A stretch of 64,000 nt of DNA from Squalus acanthias. Lineage: Eukaryota. Numbering within the stretch: the stretch's first letter is position 1; each line of letters opens with the position of its first letter. Positions 35,945 to 47,628 of this stretch are shown one piece after another. Below the pieces are notes generated by a model. It saw only the letters and a list, made by a program, of their open reading frames with translations. It did no database searches and had not been told where the DNA came from. The stretch lies in assembly GCA_030390025.1 (NCBI GenBank), contig CM059433.1, positions 4,588,001 through 4,652,000 on the forward strand, in the 5' to 3' direction. A program made the position numbers and the translations under genes.

Positions 35945-37587
35945 GTATAGCGGCGGGATCAGCACATGGTGAGTCCCTGGGCACGAGCAGGCTGCAGCAA
36001 AGCCAGGGGGAAAGGGAAGCTCGGGTGCCTGCTCCCTGGAGGACGTGTTTGCGATGGTGGGCATGCACACAGAAATGCTTGTTGCATTGGCAAGCCTGCC
36101 AGAGAGCCTCTCGTTAATGTCAAGGAGTATGGAGGAGTCCGGCTCCAACATTGGACGGGGTTTTCCGCAGAGCTTGAGCCCATGTTTTCCAGGCTGGAAA
36201 TGATGGGCAACTCCAGGAGAGACCTTGTGGACCCAAACATGATGCTGGGTGTGATGGGCGATCTCGCAGCTTCCATTGCAGCACAGGTGGAAACAACCCA
36301 ACATCTTAGTGCTGCAGTGGAAGCGCAGACCGCTCTTCTGCAGTCTCAGCTTGCTGCCACCCAAGCTCAGACTGCTGCCATCGTGGATGGCTTTACGAGT
36401 GTGAAAAGGGGTTTGCAGGATCTCACACAGTCCAGCAATCTGTGCTCCAATATATTACTAGGATTGCTGAGGCACTGCCCCGGGAGAGTGGCAGTGGCTC
36501 CGTGGAGCAAGAACCTGCTGTCCTCTCTCAGAATGACAGCATTCGTACTCCCACCACTGCCACACTGCCAGTGCCCTTGCTATTGCCCAGTCAGCCAGCC
36601 CAGACTGCTGCCGTCCATGCCAAGGTGGTGCAGTCCGCAGCCTGGTCTTCTGGGCTCAGAGCTGCTCGAGGTCGTCCTGCAAGGACATCTGCAGTCTCAC
36701 CCACTGAAAGTCAGCAGCCTTGCACGAGCGATGCTGCAGCCACTGGGGGAGCACTGCGTAGGAGCACTGGAGTAGGAAAAGGCACACAAAAGACAGACAC
36801 CAAGGGAATGCACAAGGGTGATACGTTGACTTTGTCCTTTCTCCTGGAGTAGAGAGCCACTGTGACCTCTCAGATGCAGTGATAGCGGTCATCTCGATGT
36901 TCGCCATCCATGTCTCCTGCTCCAGACTAGAAGGATCCGGTGGTGAAATCATTGAGGGCCATGGTGACCTGCGCTGAGGCTGCAGGTCTGGTTGCAGGAG
37001 GTGGCAGAGTTCTGTGACCACCTCCTTGGTGGAGTGGAGCCTCCTAATACACTGCTCCTTGCTTAAGTGCAGGTACGAGAGGTGCTCTCGGAAGACCCTA
37101 GGTGGGTCAGGCCTCCTGCTGAGAGCCCTCCTGCCCCTCATCCTCCTCCTCCTCCTCTCTCTGCGAGTATCTTGTCCTCTTCTTCGCTGCCTCCGCTGCA
37201 TCTCCTGTCATACCCGAGCGCGAGGGGGACTGCAAGTCGAGCCCCCATGACTGTGTGCAAGTGTGTGAGCAGAATCCTTTAAATGAGAAGCAAGGCGTTC
37301 TCCACTAGCACCAACACTCCCCATCATCTCACCGACTTTAAATCACTGTAGAAAGCTCCAAACAGTTGCACAAATTTACACAGGGCCAGTAGAAATCAAA
37401 AAGCAAGTCAGCTGCAAATTGTTGCTGATCCCTTTAAATAGCGCTGCTGGGGGGGGTCCTTCCTGCTGCTGAATGCGTGGTCAGCTGGCCGTGATTAGAA
37501 GGGGGCGTTAAATGGAGTGGCAATGTCCACAATGGCAGATCGTGCGTCAGGTCAGCGTTGCAGATTCACTGACGTCACGATCTGCCT

Positions 37588-38161
37588 CATAAGAACAAAA
37601 GAAATAGGAGCAGGAGTTGGCCATTCGGCCCCTCGAGCCTGCTCCGCCATTCAGTAAGATCATGGCTGATCTATCTGACCTCAACTCCACTTTCCTGCCC
37701 GCTCCCCATAATCCTTGATTCCCCTGTTTTTCAAAAATCTGTCAATCTCCGCCTTGAATATATTCAATGACTCAGCCTCCACAGCTCTCTGGGGTAGAGA
37801 ATTCCAAAGACTCACGACCCTCTGAGAAGAAACAATTCCTCCTCATCTCCGTTTTAAATGGGCGACCCCTTATCCTGAAACTGTGCCCCCTAGTTCTAGA
37901 TTCCCCCACGAGGGGAATCATCCTCTCAGCATCTACCTGGTCGAGCCCCCTCAGAATCTTGTATGTTTCAATATCATCTCTCATCCTTCTAAATTCCAAT
38001 GAGTATAGGCCCAACTTGCTCAACCTTTCTTCATAAGACAACCCCCTTCATCTCCGGAATCAACCTCGTGAACCTTCTCTGAACTGCCTCCAATGCAAGT
38101 ATATCCCTCCTTAAATAAGGAGACCAAAACTGTACGCAGTACTCAAGTTGTGGTCTCACCT
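37588..38161 (-). mobile_element. CR1 LINE 3' fragment
   Basis: [20 protein letters not shown]...TRGHSFRIRGRPFKTEMRRN. Confidence 0.93.
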
Positions 38162-38953
38162 GGATCTAAATATGTGGAGCGAGCACAGGCAATGGCAGCG
38201 CTACCCATCTCCCCAAAATGGTGGCCGCCACGGGACATGCCGGAAGCGGGCAGAAGCGAGTTGGCCGTCATTTTTTCGGCAAAACCGGCCGGCGCTAAAC
38301 CTCCAAATTTGATGCAGCAAAAGGTCGGAGTACAGAAGTTGTTGCTGCAATTTCAGGAATATTTGTCACTTTTTCATTCCCTTAGTACTGAATAGGTTGA
38401 TAAATGTCATGATTACATGCCCAAACGCAAGAAATACCCTCAATACGACAGGGTATTGAATTAAGTAGTGCCTGTGTATAAAATGCAAAATCAAGAGGAA
38501 AAAGAAAACAGGCTTGACAATTACCAGTGCAGGGTCTCCGAACAAAGATTGTGCCAAACTCAGGCAGCAGTGTCAAGTTTCAGGGCCCCAAATTAAGTGG
38601 AAGGTGACAGGAGGTCAGTGAGCAGCACTGGGTGTGGGGGCTAGCAGGGGACAGTGCGCATTCACCCTGCAATAAACAGTGGACGCCGTGAGCAATGCCA
38701 GTAGCACACTAGAAAATAGATTGCGTTAGTGAACAGAAAAACAGGAGCACATGGCTCCATTTTGAACAATGGCAGGTACATTTTCTAACCAATATTTTAA
38801 TTCAAAAAACAAAAATCATTAAAATTATAGGAACTGCATTTCAAATTCTGGATACGGTGCAGAGACATGTTTAGTCCTCCAACTGAAACATAGGATTTAT
38901 CCAACATTTTGTTCATAGACCTTTAAAGAATAAAATAAATCTCAGAGATTCAC

Positions 38954-39134
38954 CTGGTCAAATCCCAGTGAGCATGGTCATGGATCAGAATGAACAGTGT
39001 GTAGGGGTTCTTCAATGCTCTTTGCTGAAAAGCTTCGAACTTGCTCTGAGCTTCTGCAGTAAGCTTCATCACATACTGCTCTGCACATTGATTTGCAACA
39101 GACTCTGTTTCCAATCCAAGTTCCACCAAGATCC
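38954..39134 (-). CDS. GREB1: GREB1 coding exon, 181 nt, phase 1-2
   Basis: ttgcag|GG...CCAG|gtgaat; GILVELGLE...AEQYVMKL...NPYTLFILIHDHAHWDLT. Confidence 0.95.
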
Positions 39135-39415
39135 CTGCAAAACACAGGTAAAGCCCAGAGATTACACTTCGCTGAATCCCAACACAGTATTTTAGGTGCT
39201 TAAAAGATATTCTATCCAAGGATCATTGCCTAAGAATATTCTCTATTGATAGGCTATTGAGCATCTAGCATGGCTTGTTTTTTTAAAGGAAAAAATAAGT
39301 TAAATGTCAGCTGCAATTTCCTGATTGGAGGCAAGATCCAGACGATCACAATCACATTGTGATTTTCATGGAGGTTCGAGATATCTTCCAGTAATAACCA
39401 CAATCCCTCGCTATT

Positions 39416-39888
39416 GTGTCAGCCGTGGCTCAGTGGGTAGCACACTCGCCTCTGAGTCAGAAGGTTGTGGGTTCAAGTCCCACTCCAGAGACTTGAGCAC
39501 GTAAATCTAGGCTGACACTCCAGTGCAGTGCTGAGGGAGTGCTGCACTGTCGGAGGTGCCGTCTTTCGGATGAGACGTTAAACCGAGGCCCCGTCTGCTC
39601 TCTCAGGTGGATGGAAAAGATCCCCATGGCCACTATTTCAAAGAAGAGCAGGGGAGTTATCCCCAGTGTCCTGGGGCCAATATTTATCCCTCAACCAACA
39701 TAACAAAAGCAGATTATCTGGTCATTATCACATTGCTGTTTGTGGGAGCTTGCTGTGCGCAAATTGGCTGCCACGTTTCCCACATTACAACAGTGACTAC
39801 ACTTCAAAGAGTACTTCATTGGCTGTAAAGCGCTTTGAGACGTCCGGTGGTCATGAAAGGCGCTATAGAAATGCAAGCCTTTCTTACT
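39416..39888 (+). mobile_element. Full-length tRNA-derived DeuSINE (SacSINE1-like)
   Basis: Pol III A box TGGCTCAGTGG (39426), B box GTTCAAGTCC (39471), Deu-like core ggaggtgccgtctttcggatgagacgttaaaccgagg, L2-like tail aaggcgctatagaaatgcaag; family name from memory. Confidence 0.88.
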
Positions 39889-40962
39889 TCCTAATGCACC
39901 ACTTTGGACATTGAGAATCTCTGTAATGTGCTACGGATGTATTTTCTGCATATGGTAATGGCAGATGAAATGAACTATACTACAGTTATTTAATCATGAT
40001 AGTCCTTTTCTAATGCAGATGTATGAACATTTGGTAAGAGTAAGAGTTAAAAAGCTTTTTTTTTAAATTAAATATACACTTTTTTTTTTAGCTTTCATAA
40101 AATGTTATCATTAATTCATCTTAGAATGTAAAATATTTATCACACCTGAACTCATTTGTCTGCTTTCAATGTTTGGAATCAGCTTTCTTTAGCTGCACTG
40201 GAGAGGCGGCCGTGCTGATGACGAGCTTTACCTGCGCAGAAAGCAGACCTGGAATGTGGGTGTGGAGCTCAGTTGGGCTCACAGGCTTTTCCACCCAATC
40301 ACTGTAATGTCTGGGAACCCCTGAGGGGGGCAGCTGACCTCCGCACCCAAATCACCGTTCCCTGCTTACAAAACACTGAGCCCCGTGCAAGAAGCAAGTA
40401 TTCATAAAGTCCACCTTAGGATTCAGACGTCAGCACGTTTTGTGGGCTATGCTGTACTTACTTTACAATAACTGCTTCGGGTTGCACCTACGAAGAGTGT
40501 GTAGGGGTTCTTCAGTGCTCTTGGCTGAAAAGCAGGGGGTACTTTTGACTGCATTTTCTCAAGACAAGTAACTTTTTAGCATAAATCAGAAATGTTTTTT
40601 CTTGAAATCTGAACAGGACAGTAACCTTTTAATTGGATACCTTTCAGAAAGCTGCAGGATCTAGAACTCTACAAAGGGACCGGCACGTAGCCACTTTGTC
40701 CACACAGGTCACTGATGTGCATCAATAATAGTCTATTTTCAAAGTCAATTTTTAACGTACAACAATTTTTTTTTAAATGTCGAGGGATTTTTACTCCTAA
40801 AAGATTAATTTTAAAAGTTCAAAGTTTATGCAAGGAGAATGTCTCGTCTTAAAATATTTCACTTTAAACACAGACTCCAACAGTGCTTTAAACACACTGG
40901 AACATAAATAGAAGTACAAACTTAAAAATATGCGGTTGTTTGGTTAGTCCTGGTAAAATCAT

Positions 40963-41693
40963 GGGCGCGATCTCGCCAGCCCTGGGGAGGCGGGTCTACC
41001 GGGAAAATGGCAGAATTTGGGGGCAGGGTGCCCAACCCGCCTCCGTGCCATCTTGCCAGGAGGCGGGTAGCCGACCCGCGCCGGGTCCCGTCTCATTGGA
41101 GGCAGGAAGGGGATTACAACCCCGCCAGAGTCACCGAGGCGAGCAGTGGGTCTGCGGTGGGTCGGAGGGGTGCAAAAGTGCGTTGTGAAGGTAAGTGATG
41201 GGTGCAAGTGTGGAGAGGTGAGTGTGTGAGGTGAGTGGAAAGTGTTAGAAAAAGTTTACTTACCTTTGTTTCTTCCTGCAGGCTTCAATCGTTGGGGATG
41301 CGGAGAGTCTCGCATCTCCGCGGCAGAGATGACAGATGGCTGCTGCATTCTCCAATGCAACAACCATCTAATTTCTGCTAAAGAAAGAGGTTTGATGAGT
41401 CTTGAATTAAAGAACTCATCAAACTACAGAGAATGTCAGTGTTTGACAGCTTCACAGAGATGTCAAATGATGACAATTCATCTGTCAAAAATTATTGACA
41501 GATGAAATGTCATACGCTGACGTTCTCTGTAACTGGCTTCCCCTTAATTGGCCTGCTAAGCCCGCTGGGTGGGATGAACAAGGTCAATCAAGGGAAAATA
41601 GCGTGGGTTGGCCAGACGTCGATGGAGGCGGGACATCGACCCGACATGCAGCAGTCCCGCCTCCAACGCGCCCCCATTGGCGAAATCGCCCCC
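40963..41693 (+). mobile_element. Non-autonomous Harbinger-type element
   Basis: gggcgcgatctcgcca / tggcgaaatcgccccc TIRs; paralog of 33155-34015. Confidence 0.82.
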
Positions 41694-41874
41694 AAAGTGT
41701 CCAAGTATTAAGTCCCTGGTCTGTGATCTTCAAGTTTACCAAGCATCTGCCTCAACAACTAATTTAGATTTTTCTGTGCACAACTTCTCTGAGCAGCTCT
41801 GTTACATTTGTAAACTGAACTACTTACAGAGCTGAAATATACAAGAAATAGTGGCTTGAAAGTGTAATCTTTAC

Positions 41875-42072
41875 CTGACTGCCGGACACGCAGCACGGTT
41901 TGCTGGTAGGCCACTTCTGACGGAGGCACCAAAATAAGGAAATCTACTTTCTCAAAGGAGCCCAGATCCAGATTTTGCGTGCTGGAATCGGCAATAGCGC
42001 AGACATGAGACAGTAACTTTCGAGCCACAGCAAGCTGGACAGGATGAATCTGACATGTTTCTTTGTTTGAAA
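41875..42072 (-). CDS. GREB1: GREB1 coding exon, 198 nt, phase 1-1
   Basis: ccacag|TT...TCAG|gtaaag; [47 protein letters not shown]. Confidence 0.96.
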
Positions 42073-42669
42073 CTGTGGAACACAAATGGAAGTTAAAAGG
42101 ACAGTTTGTTGAATTTATACGGTTAATTAATTGGATTGACTAAACTGACAACAGCTGGAATTGTATGGATTAGATTTTATTCCTCCAATCAGCCTAACAA
42201 AAAACACATAGTGTACCGCCAGACAGAAAAAAAGCAAATTTTTTCATTACCTCAAAACCTTTATATTATGATCACTGAATGAATATTCAGACATTTGGAA
42301 TACACCAATTGATTTTGTTTGTCACTGCTCACAGACTAAAATCCTCGTCTCTCATTCCTCTTCTAACCGTCACTCCACCTGTCCCACATTCTCTAATTCC
42401 ATGTGTCGCCTCTCTGACTTTCTGTTTGTCTTCCACTCTTTCCGTCTCCCTCTTTCTCTCTATGTATAGCTCCAGGACATTCTTTTGTTGTCACCTTTGC
42501 ATCAATCTGCCTCCAAGTCTATCTCGCTCCTTTTGATTCCCTTTTTCGCAAATCATATTTTTATATCCTGCATTTCATATTTTTGCTGGAAGGCCAGGGA
42601 GAAATAGCAACAAATGCCACTGGGTGGCAAAGGAAACAATAAACTGGTAGGAGTTAGGAATTTAGACCA

Positions 42670-42805
42670 AAAGAAATAGGAGCAGGAGTCGGCTATTCGG
42701 CCCCTCGAGCCTGCTCCGCCATTCAATAAGATCATGGCTGATCTTCTACCTCATCTCCACTTTCCTGCACTATTCCCATATCCCTCGATACCCTTAATAT
42801 TCAAT
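42670..42805 (-). mobile_element. CR1 3' tail fragment
   Basis: Antisense of gatcagccatgatcttattgaatggcggagcaggctcgaggggccgaat. Confidence 0.85.
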
Positions 42806-43099
42806 CTATTTAGAATCCAATATACTCCATCCTTTACATTGGAAAAGTAAATGATGAAGAAAAGGACTTCTTGAATGGAGATAGTCAATTTTGTACGCCA
42901 ATAGTCTGTCTCCATCCTTCTCATCCAGAAGATGTGTGCATGATGTGCCCACAAGATCCATTTCCACCTGTTTGCCACTGATCCAATCAGCATTCCCAGC
43001 ACAGAACAAATGAGCAAATTTTGACTTTTAAGAAGTGTTTTGAATGTTGCTGTATATTAATCACGTGCAAGCTGTAAGGGAATTAATCCTGGTGCTTAC

Positions 43100-43222
43100 C
43101 TGAACAAATAGTGGGTCTCTGAGCTGTGGTGTCATCAAATTTCTTTGATGAAGCAGTGAAACAAGAACCTTGACCATTCCTTGCCAGACTGCACTTTTCT
43201 AAGAGAGTGTCGATATCTCCTT
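43100..43222 (-). CDS. GREB1: GREB1 coding exon, 123 nt, phase 1-1 (not in ORF track)
   Basis: gactag|AA...TCAG|gtaagc; EGDIDTLLEKCSLARNGQGSCFTASSKKFDDTTAQRPTICS (recalled GREB1 'EGDIDILLDK'). Confidence 0.9.
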
Positions 43223-43544
43223 CTAGTCAAAATAAGAACAGAAAGCAAAGAAGTTACACACAGTTGTTATCTTGGCATTTTAACCTGGTTTCTTCAGCTA
43301 ATGAGGGTAGATTTAACTACCCGCCAATAATTCCACACAAACAAAGCGTTCATTCATCCTTTCCAAATAAGAGAGGAATATACATTAAGCAAACCATATG
43401 CAAGAATGTTCTGTGGATTGAACAGAGTATTGCCTCAGTTTAAGATCACATATTCAGATTAAACTGTAATTCCTACTGTGTATTTTCATTCCTTTTGCTT
43501 CTAAAATAAATACATTTTGGAGAGTGTTGCCCGAGTTTGCTTTC

Positions 43545-44142
43545 ATAGAATCACAGAAATTTACGGCACAGAAGGAGGCCATTCCGGCCATCGTGTCCGT
43601 GCTGGCCAACAAAGAGTAATCCCACTTTCCACACTTGGTCCGTAGCCCTGTAGGTTACGGCACTCCAGGTGCACATCCAAGTACTTTTTAAATGTGATGA
43701 GGGTCTCTGCCTCTACCACCCTTTCAGGCAGTGAGTTCCAGACCCCCACCACCCTCTGGGTGAAAAGATTTCTCCTCAACTCCCCTCTAAACCTCTGACC
43801 AATTACTTTAAATCTATGCCCCCTGGTTATTGACCCTTCTGCTAAGGGAAATAGGTCCTTCCTATCCACTCTATCTAGGCCCCTCAATTATGTCTCCCCT
43901 CAGCCTCCTCTGTTCCAAAGAAAACAACCCCAGCCTATCCAATCTTTCCTCATAGCTAAAATACCCCAGTCCAGGCAACATCCTCGTAAATCTCCTCTGC
44001 ACCCTCTCTAGTGCAATCACATCCTTCCTGTAATGTGGTGACCAGAACTGCACGCAGTATTCTAGCTGCGGCCTAACTAGTGTTTTATACAGTTCAAGCA
44101 TAACCTCCCTGCTCTTATATTCTATGCCTCAGCTAATAAAGG
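43545..44142 (-). mobile_element. CR1 LINE 3' fragment
   Basis: [24 protein letters not shown]...TRGHRFKV...QRVVGVWNSLPERVV. Confidence 0.93.
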
Positions 44143-44594
44143 CTCATGACTATCAACCACAACATGGATGTGATCTCATTAAATTTCTACAAATAAACAT
44201 AGAACAGAGAAAAAAACAAATATAATAAAACTGGTGCTTGCTCACTTCTCTTCATATTGACCGAACATATTAAGGAGGCTTTGAAACACCCAAACATCCT
44301 GAATCTCTTGTTTTTGAGTATTTCATTTCTGGTCAGATCAATCTGCCATTTTTGTGCTTTACAAAGAAAACAATAAAGAACACCCAGAATCATTTTTTTT
44401 TGTAAATCTCACACCCTAAGCATATTTGTTAAGCTGAAATGACTGAAGGTCGCAAGGGTTGAGATAGCTTCTGGAGTGGAGTATTTCACCGTACAATTTA
44501 TTGGAGACAGAGGGCTGAATTTTCCGGGGTGGTAGCGGGCGCGATCGGTGGCGGGTCGGGTGGGAAAGTTGTTTTATTTGACAGTGGGTCGGGA

Positions 44595-44960
44595 ATACAA
44601 AATTATTACAAGGCTTGACAGGGTAGATGCAGGGAGGATGTTTCCCCTGGCTGGGGAGTCGAGAACCAAACGTCACAATCTCAGAATAAGGGGTCGGCCA
44701 TTTAGGACTGAGATGAGGAGGAATTTCTTCACTCAGAGGGTGGTGAATCTTTGGAATTCTCTACCCCAGATGGCTGTGGAGGCTCAGTCATTGAGTATAT
44801 TCAAGACAGAGATCGATAGATTTTTGGATATTAAGGGGATCAAGGCATATGGGGATAGTTCAGGAAAGTGGAGATGAGGTAGAAGATCAACCATGAACTT
44901 ATTGAATGGCGGAGCAGGCTCAAAGGGCCGACTCCTGCTCCTATTTCTTATGTTCTTATG
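44595..44960 (+). mobile_element. CR1 3' fragment, preceded by an 80-bp Harbinger-type terminus (44512-44592)
   Basis: YKIITRLDRVDAGRMFPLAGESRT...; 44512-44580 matches 58720-58785. Confidence 0.88.
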
Positions 44961-45297
44961 CCTGGCCCTCAAAATAGTTCAGGAACATTGGGCCGAGGAC
45001 AATGGATGGGCAAAATGATCGCACCACCTGCCGTCCACCCAATGACCACCTCGGATAAAAATCAACCTCCTGGTCTCCATATGGTTAATGCTACAGCGGT
45101 ATCAAATTAAAATCTCAAACACAGAATAAACAAATCCGCCGAAGCTACCAACCGCTTCTGAAGCTGTTCCGATGAAGTTTGATTTCATTTCTGTAAGTGC
45201 TAATTACCTCCAGCAGAAAATAAGCTGCATGTATCTGAATGAACGGTTTTAAGCCAAAGCCTCATGGCTCCTGTTGAGGATGAGACAAACATTCTTT

Positions 45298-46007
45298 GGG
45301 GCAAAAATTGGCTCGCGCCCCCTTTGGGGCGATAACTTTTAGAGCCCCGGAAAAATTAGCGCCCCCGCGCCCAGAATTGAATGGTAGCGTCCCAAGCAGG
45401 AGGCAGGGCGCTACTGGAAGTGCGCCCCCTCCCTCTTGGGGCGCTCCCATGGAATATCGCAGCGCTACGTGCAACAGCGCCACATGTGTCGGCACATAGC
45501 GCCGTGGTACTGCATGCCTCCCTCCCCTGATTAAAGGGGAGGGGCCTAGCGCTGCGCGCACCGGGGCCCTGCTGGACCACCGGGGAGCAGGGTGCCGGGA
45601 AAACAGCCCGGCACTCAAGAGGAGCGCAGGCTGAGCGATCGCGGAGGGCAAAGGGGGCAGGTGCTGACAGGCGGCCAGCCAAAAAAATGGCCGCCCGACA
45701 CCTCCCCTTTAAATATCGCTGCCTCGGCCGCACGTCGCCCCCCTGAATCTGTCAGGACATAGCGTCCGGCGGTAGGTCAGGGGGTGCAACCGAAGCTTGC
45801 GGCTAGGGCGCGAGCGGGGCGCTGCGCACGGGGCTGACGTCATCGGCGGAGGCGCAGCGGGGCACTACCGGCTACCGCCGCCGCTAACCCCCTCTGAATT
45901 TTGCGGGAGGCATTAGCAGCGCCGCGCCCGGGCGCTAGTTGCTTTGCGCCCGTTTAGCGTCCCGAGGGCGCTAACGGGAGGCGCAAAGCAACCGAATTTT
46001 GCCCCCC
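45298..46007. mobile_element. GC/CpG-rich MITE
   Basis: TTT|ggggcaaaaatt...aattttgcccccc|TTT; related to 30861-31677. Confidence 0.75.
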
Positions 46008-46109
46008 TTTGCTTTTAAAAAATGTGTTTTTGTGTTTATAAAAGGTGTTAATGTTAGGAAACGAACATTGGTTCATTTTTCTACATTTTATACTCTCGAG
46101 AACTTTAGA

Positions 46110-46605
46110 GTAGTGATAATGTGAGATTTCAATTATCCTAATATAGACTGGGAAAATAGCAGTGTACAGGGCAAAGCCTGAAATGTGTACAAGAGAACTT
46201 TCGTGATCAGTGTGTTTCCAGCCCAACGAGGAATGAAGCAGCATTGGATCTAGTTCTGGAGAAATGAAGAGGGGCAAGTGGAGCACAGTTCAGGGGTGGA
46301 GCATTTTGGGAAACAGTGATCACAATATCATCAGGTTTAGAATAGTTATGGAAAAGGACAAGGAAAAATCAAATGTGAAAATTTTCAACTGGAGGAGAGC
46401 TCATTTCCGTGAGTCGAAAAGGGATCTGGCCCAGGTGGATTGGCAGGTAAAACAGTAAGTGAGCAATGGGAGACCTTCAAAGAGGAGATAGTTCAGGTAC
46501 AGGCTAGACACATTTCCACGATGGGGGAAAGGAGGGCATCCAAAGCTAGAGCTCCCTGGATGACAAGATTTATAGATTAAAATGAAGCAGAAAAAAGGAG
46601 GTGAC
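46110..46605 (+). mobile_element. Old CR1 ORF2 fragment (end of the endonuclease domain)
   Basis: LDLVLEK...ILGNSDHNIIRFRIVMEKDK...FNWRRAHF...LAQVDW. Confidence 0.75.
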
Positions 46606-47043
46606 ATGAATCTTGTCATTCATGTATGAAGTAATACTGGGCAGCCTGCTGGTGGCGCTGTCCAGGGAGAGTATAAATACTCGGGCATGGGCCCAGCTTG
46701 CTTAGGACATTCCTCAACAGGAACTAGGGAAGGACACAACTAGATCTCCATGTTGAAAAACAGTTGATTAAAGCTTTTAAAGCTTAGACCAAGTGCCTAG
46801 TAGTTTTCTTACGTCAATAGGCTTATGATAATTGTTAGGTTCATAATTCAGTGGAGAACCAAGCTGAATAGAGGAGGTACTTCAAAGTTGTCAGCGCTCA
46901 AAGTGGTTCAGGGAGGACTGGGACTGGAAAAGAGCTGAATGCAATGAAAGCAATAGTTGCGTTTCCCCTCCACCCCCACAATCAGATTCCCCAGCTCTTG
47001 GGGAATAGGTTTGTGTGAGAAACACCTGACAGCAATATCTTAC

Positions 47044-47172
47044 CTGGACAAAGGCTGCTGAAGAAAGCTCCAAGTGCCCCGACTTTCCCAGTGACGAGCT
47101 CATAGTTGATTTCTTTCAGATGCTCTTTTGGACAGAGCATTCTTTCTGCTAGAAACCCGGCCTGACGTTTTC
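47044..47172 (-). CDS. GREB1: GREB1 coding exon, 129 nt, phase 1-1 (not in ORF track)
   Basis: gtgcag|GA...CCAG|gtaaga; GKRQAGFLAERMLCPKEHLKEINYELVTGKVGALGAFFSSLCP. Confidence 0.94.
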
Positions 47173-47279
47173 CTGCACAGAACAGAAATCTGGGTAAGTG
47201 GACAGTTGGGCACTGGTTAAAATAAATTACACAGCAAAGACATCTTTACCAATCAATTTCAAAAGATGCTCGCTTTCTC

Positions 47280-47628
47280 TGTAATCTCCTTCAGCCCCAC
47301 AACCCCCCTGAGATATCTGCGCTCTCTAATTCTGCCCTCTTGAGGATCCCTGATTATAATCGCTCAACCTTTGGTGGCCGTGCCTTCTGTTGCCTGGGCC
47401 CTAAGCTCTGGAATTCCCTCCCTAAACCTCTCCGCCTCGCTACCTCTCTTTCCTCCTTTAAGATGCTCCTTAAAACCTACCTCTTTGACCAAGCTTTTGG
47501 TCACCGGCCCTAATTTATCCTTATGTGGATCGGTGTCAAATTTTTTGTCTTTTAATCCTCCTGTGCAGAGCCTTGGGACGTTTTACTACATTAAAGGCGC
47601 TATATAAATACAAGTTGTTGCTGTTGTT
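47280..47628 (+). mobile_element. L2-clade LINE 3' end
   Basis: Paralog of 18292-18640; tail aaggcgctatataaatacaagttgttgctgttg. Confidence 0.9.

Larger units (their letters stand above)
34057..38318 (+). mobile_element. Decayed PIF/Harbinger transposon, copy A1, containing a solo LTR and a CR1 insertion
   Basis: Left TIR ggcctagaaatt; Myb/SANT-like gene on + from 34347 (RARRFSDPTLEALV...IWEEIA...RTLIQCRKNFNDL); convergent transposase 5' part on - at 36838-37248 (RVFREHLSYLHLSKEQCIRRLHSTKEVVTELCHLL); right end approximate. Confidence 0.88.

Noticed and set aside
39426..39490. tRNA gene
   Set aside because: The A and B boxes continue into a multi-copy SINE body.
45298..46007. CpG island or internal promoter
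   Set aside because: CpG richness is bounded by TIRs and shared with 30861-31677, so a MITE explains it.
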